Source of the DNA: a virus
Taxonomy: Duplodnaviria; Caudoviricetes
Reading direction: 5' to 3' (one strand)
Virus record (IMG/VR): IMGVR_UViG_3300032245_000439
Span: 1 to 58,353 of that record
Length of the DNA stretch: 58,353 bases
Shown: positions 35,447 to 43,756 of the stretch, in pieces
How positions within the stretch are numbered: the first letter of the stretch is position 1
How the letters are laid out: every line of letters begins with the position of its first letter
The notes under the pieces: generated by a model
Told to the model about the DNA's origin: nothing
Database searches by the model: none
The model's input: only the letters and a program-made list of their open reading frames with translations
Position numbers and translations under genes: made by a program

Positions 35447-35687
35447 CGATCCACCGCTTTTGACCATGCAGCCCACGAACCAGAACCGGATGCCAGATGC
35501 TTTTTGTTTTTGGTGTCAGCTTCTGGCCGATCATCTGCGAGAACTCGTCCAGATCTTGCTGGCAGCGGAAGCGCACAATCATCTGCGCGTAAGGCTCCTG
35601 CTTTTCCTGAATGAACTCCGGCATGTCCTTCCACTCGGCGAACACGTCATTCGCTTCCATCTCATCAAAGAGCGCAGCCTTTTTCAT
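35436..35687 (-). CDS. Small protein coupled to the glycosyltransferase
   Basis: EWKDMPEF.QE....IVRF....D...F...IGQKLT.KTKSIWHP. Confidence 0.75.
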   Translation of the reverse strand: MKKAALFDEMEANDVFAEWKDMPEFIQEKQEPYAQMIVRFRCQQDLDEFSQMIGQKLTPKTKSIWHPVLVRGLHGQKRWIDEP

Positions 35688-35911
35688 TTCCGCGCCTCCA
35701 TCATGAGGTCAGCAATCGCATAAGCTTCTTTGACATATGAGTGATGCTTATCTGGATACGAAATGACCATAAGACCCGTCAGCGCCGCCATCGCGAACTG
35801 GTCGCGCAGATCAGGCTTTCCGTTGAGATCAATCTGTAGGCGAAGGACAACGCCGCAAAGCTCATGAACCGTCTGCTTCATATGTTGCAATTCTTCATCA
35901 GTCATTTTCAT
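35684..35911 (-). CDS. Hypothetical protein
   Basis: LRDQFAMAALTGL...AYAIAD.MMEAR pattern. Confidence 0.75.
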   Translation of the reverse strand: MKMTDEELQHMKQTVHELCGVVLRLQIDLNGKPDLRDQFAMAALTGLMVISYPDKHHSYVKEAYAIADLMMEARK

Positions 35912-35926
35912 TCCCCTCTTATAAGT

Positions 35927-38056
35927 TTAATCAATTCCACCAATCACACGCAGACCCTGAAGCTTTGTGCTCTTGTCTGCCATCTCATACGCCAGCACGT
36001 TGTTGTTGAGCCATGTGTCGATCATGTTCTCTGCAACCTTCTCGACGACGTCGAACTGCTGCGCAATGATCGCGGCCGCATAGCGTCCCTGCTTGCGGGT
36101 CTGCGGATAGCTCGACCACGGCTTGCCTTCATTCCACGCCTTGCCGATCGACACGAGGATCTTGCGGCAGACATCCTTCTGCGGCCACGCATTGATCTCG
36201 CGCTTCACCTCATCGCACGGGCAGGCGTACAAGCTGCCCTCGCCAGTGATGTCATTCACCGAGACGTTCTTCAGCTCGAAGGCCTGCGTCCACCCGTCCT
36301 GCGCAGACTTGATCTTCTTTGCGTGGATCTCGCCGATCATCTCGCCCTCCTCGCGCTCGATGCCGAGCAGGAAGTCGCCAGCGCCGTCAAACACAGTAGA
36401 GCCACGCATATTGCCAGCGCGCGACGTGTGGTGAATGCCGACAACCGTCGCCTCGAATGTTGTGCGCAGCGCGTCGCATGCGGCGATGAAAAGCGTCATG
36501 TCCTTTTGAAGATTTTCGTCTGCACCGGGCAACACGCGGGAGACCGTGTCCACAAAAATAGCGACTGGCGTCTGGCCCGTGATCTGCGCGACGTGCGCGA
36601 CAGTCTTGATCAAACGATCGACGTCATTGGGCATCATGAAGTTGATGGTCTGGCGGATCAGGTAAAAGGGCACCTCGTCTGCATTGATGCCAGTTTCTTT
36701 TTCCCACGCGGCGATGCGATACTTCATGTCGCCGACGCCTTCCGAAGAAATATAGATGACGGGGCCAGTCTTCTTGATGTCGCGGCCAAACCACTGCGCC
36801 TGCTTGGCGGCAAGTGAGAGGGCCATGCCGATCGTGATGAATGACTTACCGCAGCCGGGTGCGCCAAAGACAAAGCCGAGAGCCGTCTCGATCACAAGCT
36901 TGTCGATCAGGTAATTCGGATTTGGCAAAGACTTAATCCCCTTAACATCTAAAACTTCAAAGCTGCCCTCGGGGGCCTCGACGGCCTTGGGCGTGAGTTC
37001 ACCCGTCTCAGGGTTGAAGTCATAGCCTTGGATTTCTTTTGGGGCCTCGATCTCAAAAGGGCGCGACGGTTTTTCAACCTTGGCCGCCTTCGAGACCTTT
37101 CCATCCCACTGCTCCATCGCATTGAGCCACTTCTGCGCGAACATGGTGATGCCGCGACCCTCACGCTCCAGCAGGTCCGCATTCGACACGCCTGCCTCGT
37201 AGAGGCGGCTTTTGACGTGGCGCTCGTAGTTGCCGAAGGCGGCCTGCATTTCTTCAACGGAGGCGCTTGGCGTGAGCGGGATCGGGGCGTCGCGTCGCAG
37301 GTCCACCACGGCCGCCCAGACAAGTTTTGTCATGTAGTCTTCGCGGCCATCGACGAGGTTGCCGAAGCTGTCGAGGGCGTGGGTCGGAGACGAAGTGTGT
37401 TCGCGCTGGCCCGTAATCGGGTTTACGCCAGACGCACCGCCGTGCTCGATGCTAAGCTGGACGACTGCGTCGCAAAGCCACTGAGGGGCGTCGGCAAAGC
37501 CTATTTCCCAAGGCTCGCATCCAGTCTTCCAGCGGTAGGGCGTGCCGCTCTCGTGCATCGACGGGGGCATCATGGCGAAGCCGCCCTGACCGCGAATGTC
37601 CACGCCGATCGAGGTCTTGCAGGTTGGAGGCGTCCAGCCAGCGGGCGCGCGGAAGAAGAGCTGAATGCCGCCACCGCCCGTGACCTGCTCAGCCGTCTCC
37701 AGCTCGCCTGCGGACTGCTGACGGTCCTGCATGTCGAGCCACCACGCCTGAGCGGTCGGGTGCTTGTGCAGGTCGAGGTCGATCACGAAGATGCCGCCGG
37801 AGCAGGCCCCACATATCAAGCCCATATTGTTGCGGCGGACGTGCTCGCCAGTCTCGCCATACCAACGCTCGAACGTGAAGTCCGGCACCAGCTCGTGCTC
37901 CAGCTCACGCCACTTGGGCAGGGCTGGGCGCTTCCACTGCTGACGGTTCTCGCGAGGCGTCATGGCTGGCACGACCTGAAGGCCAGCCGCGCGATACATG
38001 CGCGCCCACTCAGATGGCTCAGCAAAGTCAGGATCAAATTGCATCAGGGCACTCAT
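35927..38056 (-). CDS. Bifunctional primase-polymerase (Prim-Pol) fused to RecA-family (AAA_25/RepA-like) helicase
   Basis: NMGLICG..SGGIFVIDLD, TGGGG.Q.FF and GVDIRGQGGF...PPS.H (AEP); Walker A GAPGCGKS, IFVDT and IHHTSR...RGS. Confidence 0.9.
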   Translation of the reverse strand: MSALMQFDPDFAEPSEWARMYRAAGLQVVPAMTPRENRQQWKRPALPKWRELEHELVPDFTFERWYGETGEHVRRNNMGLICGACSGGIFVIDLDLHKHPTAQAWWLDMQDRQQSAGELETAEQVTGGGGIQLFFRAPAGWTPPTCKTSIGVDIRGQGGFAMMPPSMHESGTPYRWKTGCEPWEIGFADAPQWLCDAVVQLSIEHGGASGVNPITGQREHTSSPTHALDSFGNLVDGREDYMTKLVWAAVVDLRRDAPIPLTPSASVEEMQAAFGNYERHVKSRLYEAGVSNADLLEREGRGITMFAQKWLNAMEQWDGKVSKAAKVEKPSRPFEIEAPKEIQGYDFNPETGELTPKAVEAPEGSFEVLDVKGIKSLPNPNYLIDKLVIETALGFVFGAPGCGKSFITIGMALSLAAKQAQWFGRDIKKTGPVIYISSEGVGDMKYRIAAWEKETGINADEVPFYLIRQTINFMMPNDVDRLIKTVAHVAQITGQTPVAIFVDTVSRVLPGADENLQKDMTLFIAACDALRTTFEATVVGIHHTSRAGNMRGSTVFDGAGDFLLGIEREEGEMIGEIHAKKIKSAQDGWTQAFELKNVSVNDITGEGSLYACPCDEVKREINAWPQKDVCRKILVSIGKAWNEGKPWSSYPQTRKQGRYAAAIIAQQFDVVEKVAENMIDTWLNNNVLAYEMADKSTKLQGLRVIGGID

Positions 38057-38064
38057 CTCAATCT

Positions 38065-38535
38065 CTATTTTGTCGCAGCGTACCAAGCCAAGCAGGCGGC
38101 GTCGGCGCGGCCGTCATCTTTCTTTCGACTAAAAAGATCCGCAAAATTGGGGAAAAGTTCAGCGGCGCGCTGACGCGAACCGTCCTTACCACCACGGACC
38201 CCGCAGGCCTTCTGCCACGCCTGTGGCACCACAAGGGTCATCGGGATCTGCAAGGCGGCCAAGGCACCCTCGATCGTGCCAAGGCTGCGACCAAAGGAGA
38301 AGACGGATGACACACCCTGACCGGGCATCGCACCCACACGCTCGACAAATGCGGTCGAAGGCTTGCCAATCAGGCTCAAGACATGGGCCAACATGGCTGG
38401 GGACAGTTCGCGCTTCTTCTTGCCGTTGCGCTCGACCTCGACGACGGGCATGTCAATAACTGACAGGTGACCCTTTTCCATGTCGAAGACCGCAATAGCG
38501 CCAGACAGACCGGGGTCAATTCCAATATAAATCAC
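38065..38535 (-). CDS. RuvC-like Holliday junction resolvase
   Basis: IGIDPGLSGA, FVERV...PGQGVSS.FSFG, PQAWQK and DDGRADA motifs. Confidence 0.85.
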   Translation of the reverse strand: MIYIGIDPGLSGAIAVFDMEKGHLSVIDMPVVEVERNGKKKRELSPAMLAHVLSLIGKPSTAFVERVGAMPGQGVSSVFSFGRSLGTIEGALAALQIPMTLVVPQAWQKACGVRGGKDGSRQRAAELFPNFADLFSRKKDDGRADAACLAWYAATK

Positions 38536-38732
38536 GCGATATTCCTCGCTGCCTTGTCGAGCATTTCAAACTGTTTCCAAGTGATGCCCCCAGCCGTCGC
38601 TAGGATCAGGTGGGGACGCCACTTGTGGGGAATGGTCTGGCGCTGACGCCACTTGTCGATTGCGAACTGCGACACGCCAAGCTGCAAGGCTGCGCGCTCA
38701 ACAATGTCCCAATCAATTGCAGGCTTTTTCAT
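38532..38732 (-). CDS. Cro-like HTH protein
   Basis: AALQLGVSQFAIDKWRQRQTIPHKWR; first gene of the leftward operon. Confidence 0.7.
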   Translation of the reverse strand: MKKPAIDWDIVERAALQLGVSQFAIDKWRQRQTIPHKWRPHLILATAGGITWKQFEMLDKAARNIA

Positions 38733-38774
38733 ACTGGTATCCTAACCCCTCCAAATCAGTGGACGGCGACGTTG

Positions 38775-38851
38775 AGACATTTTGTCTAAAACGTCAAGCC
38801 TGTGGACGGACAAAATGTCTGTTGACGAACTTTTGCAAATCAGCCTATGTT
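38775..38851. promoter_or_regulatory. Divergent promoters with two GACA-N3-TGTC operators
   Basis: AGACATTTTGTCT (38775-38787) and GGACAAAATGTCT (38808-38820); leftward TTGACG (38797-38792) and rightward TTGACG-N17-CTATGT (38822-38850). Confidence 0.6.
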
Positions 38852-38877
38852 CGCAACCCTATCAGATCGAGAATGCA

Positions 38878-39627
38878 ATGAACCCCTTTGAAGTCTATGA
38901 AATCGAGCATCTTTCACCGTCAAGCTGCAACCTGTTTGTTGCCTCACCTGCCATGTTTGTCTTGCAAAAGTGCATGAAGCTGCGCACCAGCGTCGGCCCT
39001 GCGGCACATCGGGGCACTGCGGTAGAGAGCGGTATAGTTGCGGGACTTGTGGATGGCCTGCCTGAAAAAGAATGCATCGAGGTGGCCGTTGCCGAGTTCG
39101 ATAAGCTCACATCGTTATCAGCCGACGGCCGCCGCGAAAAGGAAGAGGCGGCTCTGGCCGACTTTGTGAAGATGGGATTGAAAGAGCTGATGCCTTACGG
39201 CAAGCCCTCAACGACGCAGGGCGCGATCAAACATCAGGTCGAAGGCTTGGCCGTTCCGATGATTGGCTATTATGACGTTGAGTGGGAAAATCATGGCGTC
39301 CTTACAGATATTAAAACAACTCACGCGCTCCCGTCGAAAATCTCAACCAATCACGCTCGGCAAGTTGCACTGTATCGCGCTGCGCGGGGCGACAATTTGG
39401 ATGCTCGTGTTTCCTACATCACGCCCAAAAAGTCTGCGACATACGCTCTCGAAAACCCTCGCGAACATCTCGCCGCCCTTGAAGCGATTGCGCTGACGAT
39501 CCAACGTTTTCTGTCCCTCAGTGACGACGCAAAGGTTCTCGCGTCATACGTTGTTCCTGAAGTGGACAGTTTCTATTTCTCAGATCCCGTGTCGCGCAAG
39601 GCGGCATATGACGTGTGGGGTCTGTAA
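38878..39627 (+). CDS. PD-(D/E)XK (Cas4/RecB-like) exonuclease
   Basis: HLSPSS, RGTAVE, IGYYD, TDIKTT and RQVALY motifs; start at ATG 38878. Confidence 0.85.
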   Translation: MNPFEVYEIEHLSPSSCNLFVASPAMFVLQKCMKLRTSVGPAAHRGTAVESGIVAGLVDGLPEKECIEVAVAEFDKLTSLSADGRREKEEAALADFVKMGLKELMPYGKPSTTQGAIKHQVEGLAVPMIGYYDVEWENHGVLTDIKTTHALPSKISTNHARQVALYRAARGDNLDARVSYITPKKSATYALENPREHLAALEAIALTIQRFLSLSDDAKVLASYVVPEVDSFYFSDPVSRKAAYDVWGL

Positions 39628-39689
39628 GTTCAGCCCATGTGGGCGAAGGCAAGAGGCCAGCCAAATGGTCTCACATTGGAGTAGGTAAA

Positions 39690-40358
39690 ATGGCATTAGG
39701 TTTTGATTACGGTTCGGGCGGCGGCTCGGCAAACTTCCTTCCCATCACGAAGTACGACGCGCGTGCGGGTCGTTTCTTCCGCGTGGATCGCGAAGATGGC
39801 ACCTCGACGCAGGTGGACATCACACGCAACTTCAAGGCCGTCTTCGACTTTGAAAACATGGAAGTGGGCTGGATCTCCTTCACCGCTGGCTCCGCGCCGG
39901 ACTTCAGCATGGTCCCGCACGGCACAGCCTTTCCGGCGAAGCCCACCGACAACCACAAGCGCGGCATTCGCATGAATGTGAAGCTGAGCGGCGAGTGCGG
40001 CGGCGACTGCCGTGAGCTTGCCAGCACGGCGAAGGCCATGCTCGACGGCATCAACTTGCTGCATGACGAATATCTTGCAGGCGCGAAGGCGAATGCAGGC
40101 AAGCTGCCTGTCGTCGTCCTCGAAGACACTGTGCCGATTACGTCCGGCACGGGCGACAAGAAATCCACCAACTATCAGCCCGTCTTCAAGATCTCGGCTT
40201 GGGTGAAGCGCCCTGCTGATCTTGATGAGGCTGCGGGCAATCGCGAAGAAGCGCCCGCACCTGTGGCTGCCAAGGCTCCTCCTGCGACGGGCTCGACCCG
40301 TGCGGCCGCTCCGGCACCGCGCGCTGCCGCTCCCGCCGACGACGAGGATTTCGGCTAA
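39690..40358 (+). CDS. Putative single-stranded DNA-binding protein
   Basis: KYDARAGR, DFENMEVGW..F, YQPVFKI..WVKRP, Ala/Pro linker and acidic-aromatic tail DDEDFG; follows the exonuclease. Confidence 0.7.
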   Translation: MALGFDYGSGGGSANFLPITKYDARAGRFFRVDREDGTSTQVDITRNFKAVFDFENMEVGWISFTAGSAPDFSMVPHGTAFPAKPTDNHKRGIRMNVKLSGECGGDCRELASTAKAMLDGINLLHDEYLAGAKANAGKLPVVVLEDTVPITSGTGDKKSTNYQPVFKISAWVKRPADLDEAAGNREEAPAPVAAKAPPATGSTRAAAPAPRAAAPADDEDFG

Positions 40359-40364
40359 CAAACT

Positions 40365-40390
40365 GGGCGGGGCTTCGGCTCCGCCCTTCC
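40365..40390 (+). terminator. Hairpin after SSB gene
   Basis: GGGCGGGGC-TTCG-GCTCCGCCC followed by TT (weak U-tract). Confidence 0.5.
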
Positions 40391-40405
40391 TCAACGGAGA
40401 TCGAT

Positions 40406-40669
40406 GTGAAATTCCTCATAACAATGAATATGCCTGCGCGCTCCGGCCAGCAGATCCACCAGATCATTTGCGAGCACGAAGCAAAAAGCCTGAAGGAATT
40501 TGTCGACGTTCTTCAGGGTAACGATTTCTTAATCGTTGACGAGTTTTATCGTGACACCGAAGCGCCTCGCGGGTCGGAGTCCTACTATCCAGTTGGGCAA
40601 ATTGCGGTGAACTATCGTTATGTTGGCAAGGTGAAAGTAATGGGAAACGTCACACGCTCGATGGATTAG
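40406..40669 (+). CDS. Hypothetical protein
   Basis: 87 aa; GTG start after GGAGATCGAT. Confidence 0.7.
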   Translation: MKFLITMNMPARSGQQIHQIICEHEAKSLKEFVDVLQGNDFLIVDEFYRDTEAPRGSESYYPVGQIAVNYRYVGKVKVMGNVTRSMD

Positions 40670-40695
40670 ATCGAGCGGAATTTATGGAGATCGAT

Positions 40696-41412
40696 ATGGC
40701 TCAACCACACGGCAGAACATTTATCAGGTCAGCATTAGTAGTCGATGGACGTTCAAAGGCGGGCTACCTCATTCGCTGCCGCGAATGCAACAAGGCCGAG
40801 GTGCTGCCAAATGCAACGCATTCAGGATCACTACCGCCAGAAGTGACGGCTAAGAAGTTTGCACAGAAGGGCTGGCGTGTCGGGCATCGTGTCCGCGAAG
40901 ATAAGTGCCCTGACTGCATTGCCAAGGAACTCGAACTAAAAAAGAAGAAGAAAGAGCCAAAGACTGAAGAAGAAGTTCTGTCAGACATTAAAATGGAGAT
41001 TGATAACGTGAAGGCAGACGCACCACCACTGATGACAAAAGAAGATCGGCGCATCATCTTCGCCGAGATCGACAGCCACTATGTCGATGAGATGCGTGGC
41101 TACGAGGCTGGCTGGGACGACGCAAAAGTCGCACAGGGATTGAACGTCCCGATGTCTTGGGTGCGCCAACTGCGCGAAGACAACTTCGGGCCTGAAGTTG
41201 GCGAGAGCGTCAAGAAAGACTTTGAAGAGGCAAAAGTCATCATTGCCAAGGGTGACATGATCATCGGCAATATGAACAAGGCCTTGGACAACGTCGCCCA
41301 GTCCATTCAGACATGGCAAAAAATTCAGGCTGGCTTCGAGAAGGAAGTCGCTGAAACCAAGCGTGCAATCGAAGAGATTACAAAACGCATTAACGCACTG
41401 ACAAAGAAGTAA
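40696..41412 (+). CDS. Zinc-ribbon (CxxC...CxxC) and coiled-coil protein
   Basis: CREC...CPDC; WDDAKVAQGLNVPMSWVRQLRE..FG HTH-like segment; ATGGAGATCGATATG leader. Confidence 0.75.
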   Translation: MAQPHGRTFIRSALVVDGRSKAGYLIRCRECNKAEVLPNATHSGSLPPEVTAKKFAQKGWRVGHRVREDKCPDCIAKELELKKKKKEPKTEEEVLSDIKMEIDNVKADAPPLMTKEDRRIIFAEIDSHYVDEMRGYEAGWDDAKVAQGLNVPMSWVRQLREDNFGPEVGESVKKDFEEAKVIIAKGDMIIGNMNKALDNVAQSIQTWQKIQAGFEKEVAETKRAIEEITKRINALTKK

Positions 41413-41419
41413 GGAGATC

Positions 41420-41818
41420 ATGATGAATTACGCAGACATCCTCAGCAAATCAGCATCCATTTTCGCAGAGCGTGACATGGAATATGGCGACGTAAACGAC
41501 ACGACAGAGCGCGTGTGTGTGATCTACAGCACCATCATGGGTGAGGAGATTACGCCCTATCAGGTCAACATGCTGCTCCACTGCATGAAGCTGGCCCGCA
41601 TCCGCTCCGATCGCAAGAAGGCCGACAACTATTTCGACGGCATCAACTACCTCGCCTTCGCAGCAGAAGCCGCGCAGGTCAAGGACGACGTGCCCGTGCA
41701 TGTTACCATGCCGCAGGCCGCTGCAAAAATTACAGAAATCAGCGCCGAGATGGAGCAAGAGATTAAGGATCTCGCTGCCAAGTTTGCGCCTGTTCAAAAC
41801 AACGGAGAGAACCAGTGA
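41420..41818 (+). CDS. DUF6378-like protein (nucleotide pyrophosphohydrolase-like helical domain)
   Basis: ER..EYGD...MLL..MKLAR......DNYFDGINYLAFA. Confidence 0.75.
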   Translation: MMNYADILSKSASIFAERDMEYGDVNDTTERVCVIYSTIMGEEITPYQVNMLLHCMKLARIRSDRKKADNYFDGINYLAFAAEAAQVKDDVPVHVTMPQAAAKITEISAEMEQEIKDLAAKFAPVQNNGENQ

Positions 41819-42108
41819 GCGATAACGACCTGCTTGAACTGAATGACCAGTTCCTGCGCCGCTTGGCTGTGGCGCTGCTTGAGGCAATTCCAAATGGCGA
41901 CCCGATCCAGAACGTGGCGGCGATCGCCTCGTTCAACACCAACCTGATGGCTGGCCTGATCTTTGGCGGAGCAAGCACAAAGGAGCAGGCTATGGAAGGC
42001 GTCGACGCTTATGCCAAAGACCTCCGCAATTTGATCGGCGAAAACTTCGACGCTGCCAAGGCGGCGATGGAGAAGGCCGACAAAGAAAAAGAAGAGAAGA
42101 CACATTAA
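41815..42108 (+). CDS. Hypothetical protein
   Basis: 97 aa, GTGA overlap, GGAG SD. Confidence 0.65.
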   Translation: MSDNDLLELNDQFLRRLAVALLEAIPNGDPIQNVAAIASFNTNLMAGLIFGGASTKEQAMEGVDAYAKDLRNLIGENFDAAKAAMEKADKEKEEKTH

Positions 42109-42110
42109 CG

Positions 42111-42137
42111 GTGGGCGCGAAAGCGCCCACTTTTTTT
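42111..42137 (+). terminator. Intrinsic terminator
   Basis: GTGGGCGC-GAAA-GCGCCCAC followed by T7. Confidence 0.85.
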
Positions 42138-42147
42138 GGAGAGAAAA

Positions 42148-42564
42148 ATGCTGACGCTTGAAGAATTGCATGAACATTACCGCGCCGTCCGTGCGCGCAT
42201 TAACGACAAGTCAAAATTCATTCAGCCAAAACCTGAACCCAAGCCGGAGCCTGTCGTCATTCAGTTCACTGAGCCGACGTTCGTCAATCCGTCTGACAAG
42301 ATCATCTACCGCATCGCGCAAAAGCATGGCCTCAGCGTCGCAGATCTTAAAGGGCACTCACGCAAACAGCACATCGTGTATGCACGCCAAGAGGCCGCCT
42401 ACGTCCTGCGCTTGGAGCGTAACCTGACACTGAACCAGATTGGCTCGCTGCTCGGACACAAGGACCACACGACCATCCTGCACGCAGTGAAGTGCCACGA
42501 AAAAAAGCTCGCCAAGTGTACCGATACGCTTGGCGAGCCTAGTCATGTTTCGTCAGCCCTCTAG
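42148..42564 (+). CDS. DnaA C-terminal (domain IV) DNA-binding domain protein
   Basis: II..IA.KHGLSVADLKG.SR...IVYARQEAAY.......LTLNQIG.LLG.KDHTTILHAV; no AAA+ domain. Confidence 0.88.
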   Translation: MLTLEELHEHYRAVRARINDKSKFIQPKPEPKPEPVVIQFTEPTFVNPSDKIIYRIAQKHGLSVADLKGHSRKQHIVYARQEAAYVLRLERNLTLNQIGSLLGHKDHTTILHAVKCHEKKLAKCTDTLGEPSHVSSAL

Positions 42565-42592
42565 CGGTTTTGGACAACTAGCGGGCCTGATA

Positions 42593-42919
42593 ATGATGCA
42601 CAGCGGCGGCGATGCAATCAAGAAGATACTGGAGCTTTGGGTGGACGGCATGTCGTTTTCCCAAATCTCGCTTGAAGTTGGCCTCTCTAAAAAAGAGGTC
42701 AGCTATCATGTTTACACGCTGCGCGTGAGCGGCGCGGTCAAGCTTCGCGCAAAGCCGAAGGTGACAATCATGGACCTGCGCTATAGCTCTTGCCGATACA
42801 TCGTCGGAAGCGACGAGGATCTCGGCACGCTGTATTGCGGAGAGACCGTCAGCCAACGCTCATATTGCAAAGAGCATTACAAGCTTTGCTATATGCCGCC
42901 TGAAAAGCGTCAGCGTTGA
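42593..42919 (+). CDS. GcrA-like cell-cycle regulator
   Basis: LELW.DGMSFSQIS.EVG N-terminal HTH; IMDL..SSCRYIVG......YCG......SYC.EH C-terminal motif; start uncertain (42545 or 42593). Confidence 0.8.
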   Translation: MMHSGGDAIKKILELWVDGMSFSQISLEVGLSKKEVSYHVYTLRVSGAVKLRAKPKVTIMDLRYSSCRYIVGSDEDLGTLYCGETVSQRSYCKEHYKLCYMPPEKRQR

Positions 42920-43746
42920 AGGCGATCGACCTTTTCATTCAGCTCTTTGATCGCCTCGATCAAAACACCGACGAGGTTCGCATAGGCCACTGACAGCGTG
43001 CCATTGTTGTCATGAACAACCTGCGGAACGACCTGCTGCATTTCCTGCGCAATCACGCCAATGCCATCGGCACCAGTGTTGATCATTGTGTATTTCACAC
43101 CACGCATCTGGCTCACCAGATTAAGGGCACCTGCAATTGTTTCAACGTCTGTTTTCAGGCGAGCATCAGAATAGGCCGTCACGTTTGCTGCCGAAGTGAT
43201 GCCGCCAACAGTTGTCTGGAATGTGTTGACCGACAACGTCGTGCCGTCAAAAGTCATGTTGGCAGAGCCAGCCAGCGTATTGGACGAATTGTATACGACT
43301 TGCGTGTTTGAACCGGGAGCATTGTTGTCAGCAAGGCGGATATTTGTCCCGTCTGAATAGACGATCGAAGTCGCGCCCTGCTTCAGAACAACACTTGTGC
43401 CGCCCGCAAGATTTGAGAAAGTGACCGTATATGCGCCAGTCGTGTTGTTGAAGACCGACCACACACCACCGACGCCGGACGGGATTGTGTAGACGACGTT
43501 GGCCGTCAAAGTTGCAGCCGTCGAGACGGAAACACCAATCACGATAATGGCTGACTGATATTCAGATGCCACAAGATTGACAGTTCCAGACACGCCCGTC
43601 GGGTTCTTGACGGTCACACCACCAAAAGCCTTGTCAATGATGTCCCAGTCGGCATTAACCGGACCTGACCAGCCCGTCGGGTTGGCCGCATAGTCGTTAT
43701 ATGCGGGCTTCTCGATGCTCTTGTTGACTGTGTATGTCGATGCCAT
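42910..43746 (-). CDS. Short tail fibre/spike with C-terminal S74 chaperone
   Basis: MASTYT...; C-terminal YSDARLKTDV...GVIAQE...SVAYANLVGVLIEAIKEL; start at ATG 43746. Confidence 0.85.
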   Translation of the reverse strand: MASTYTVNKSIEKPAYNDYAANPTGWSGPVNADWDIIDKAFGGVTVKNPTGVSGTVNLVASEYQSAIIVIGVSVSTAATLTANVVYTIPSGVGGVWSVFNNTTGAYTVTFSNLAGGTSVVLKQGATSIVYSDGTNIRLADNNAPGSNTQVVYNSSNTLAGSANMTFDGTTLSVNTFQTTVGGITSAANVTAYSDARLKTDVETIAGALNLVSQMRGVKYTMINTGADGIGVIAQEMQQVVPQVVHDNNGTLSVAYANLVGVLIEAIKELNEKVDRLQR

Positions 43747-43756
43747 CGACCGCTCC

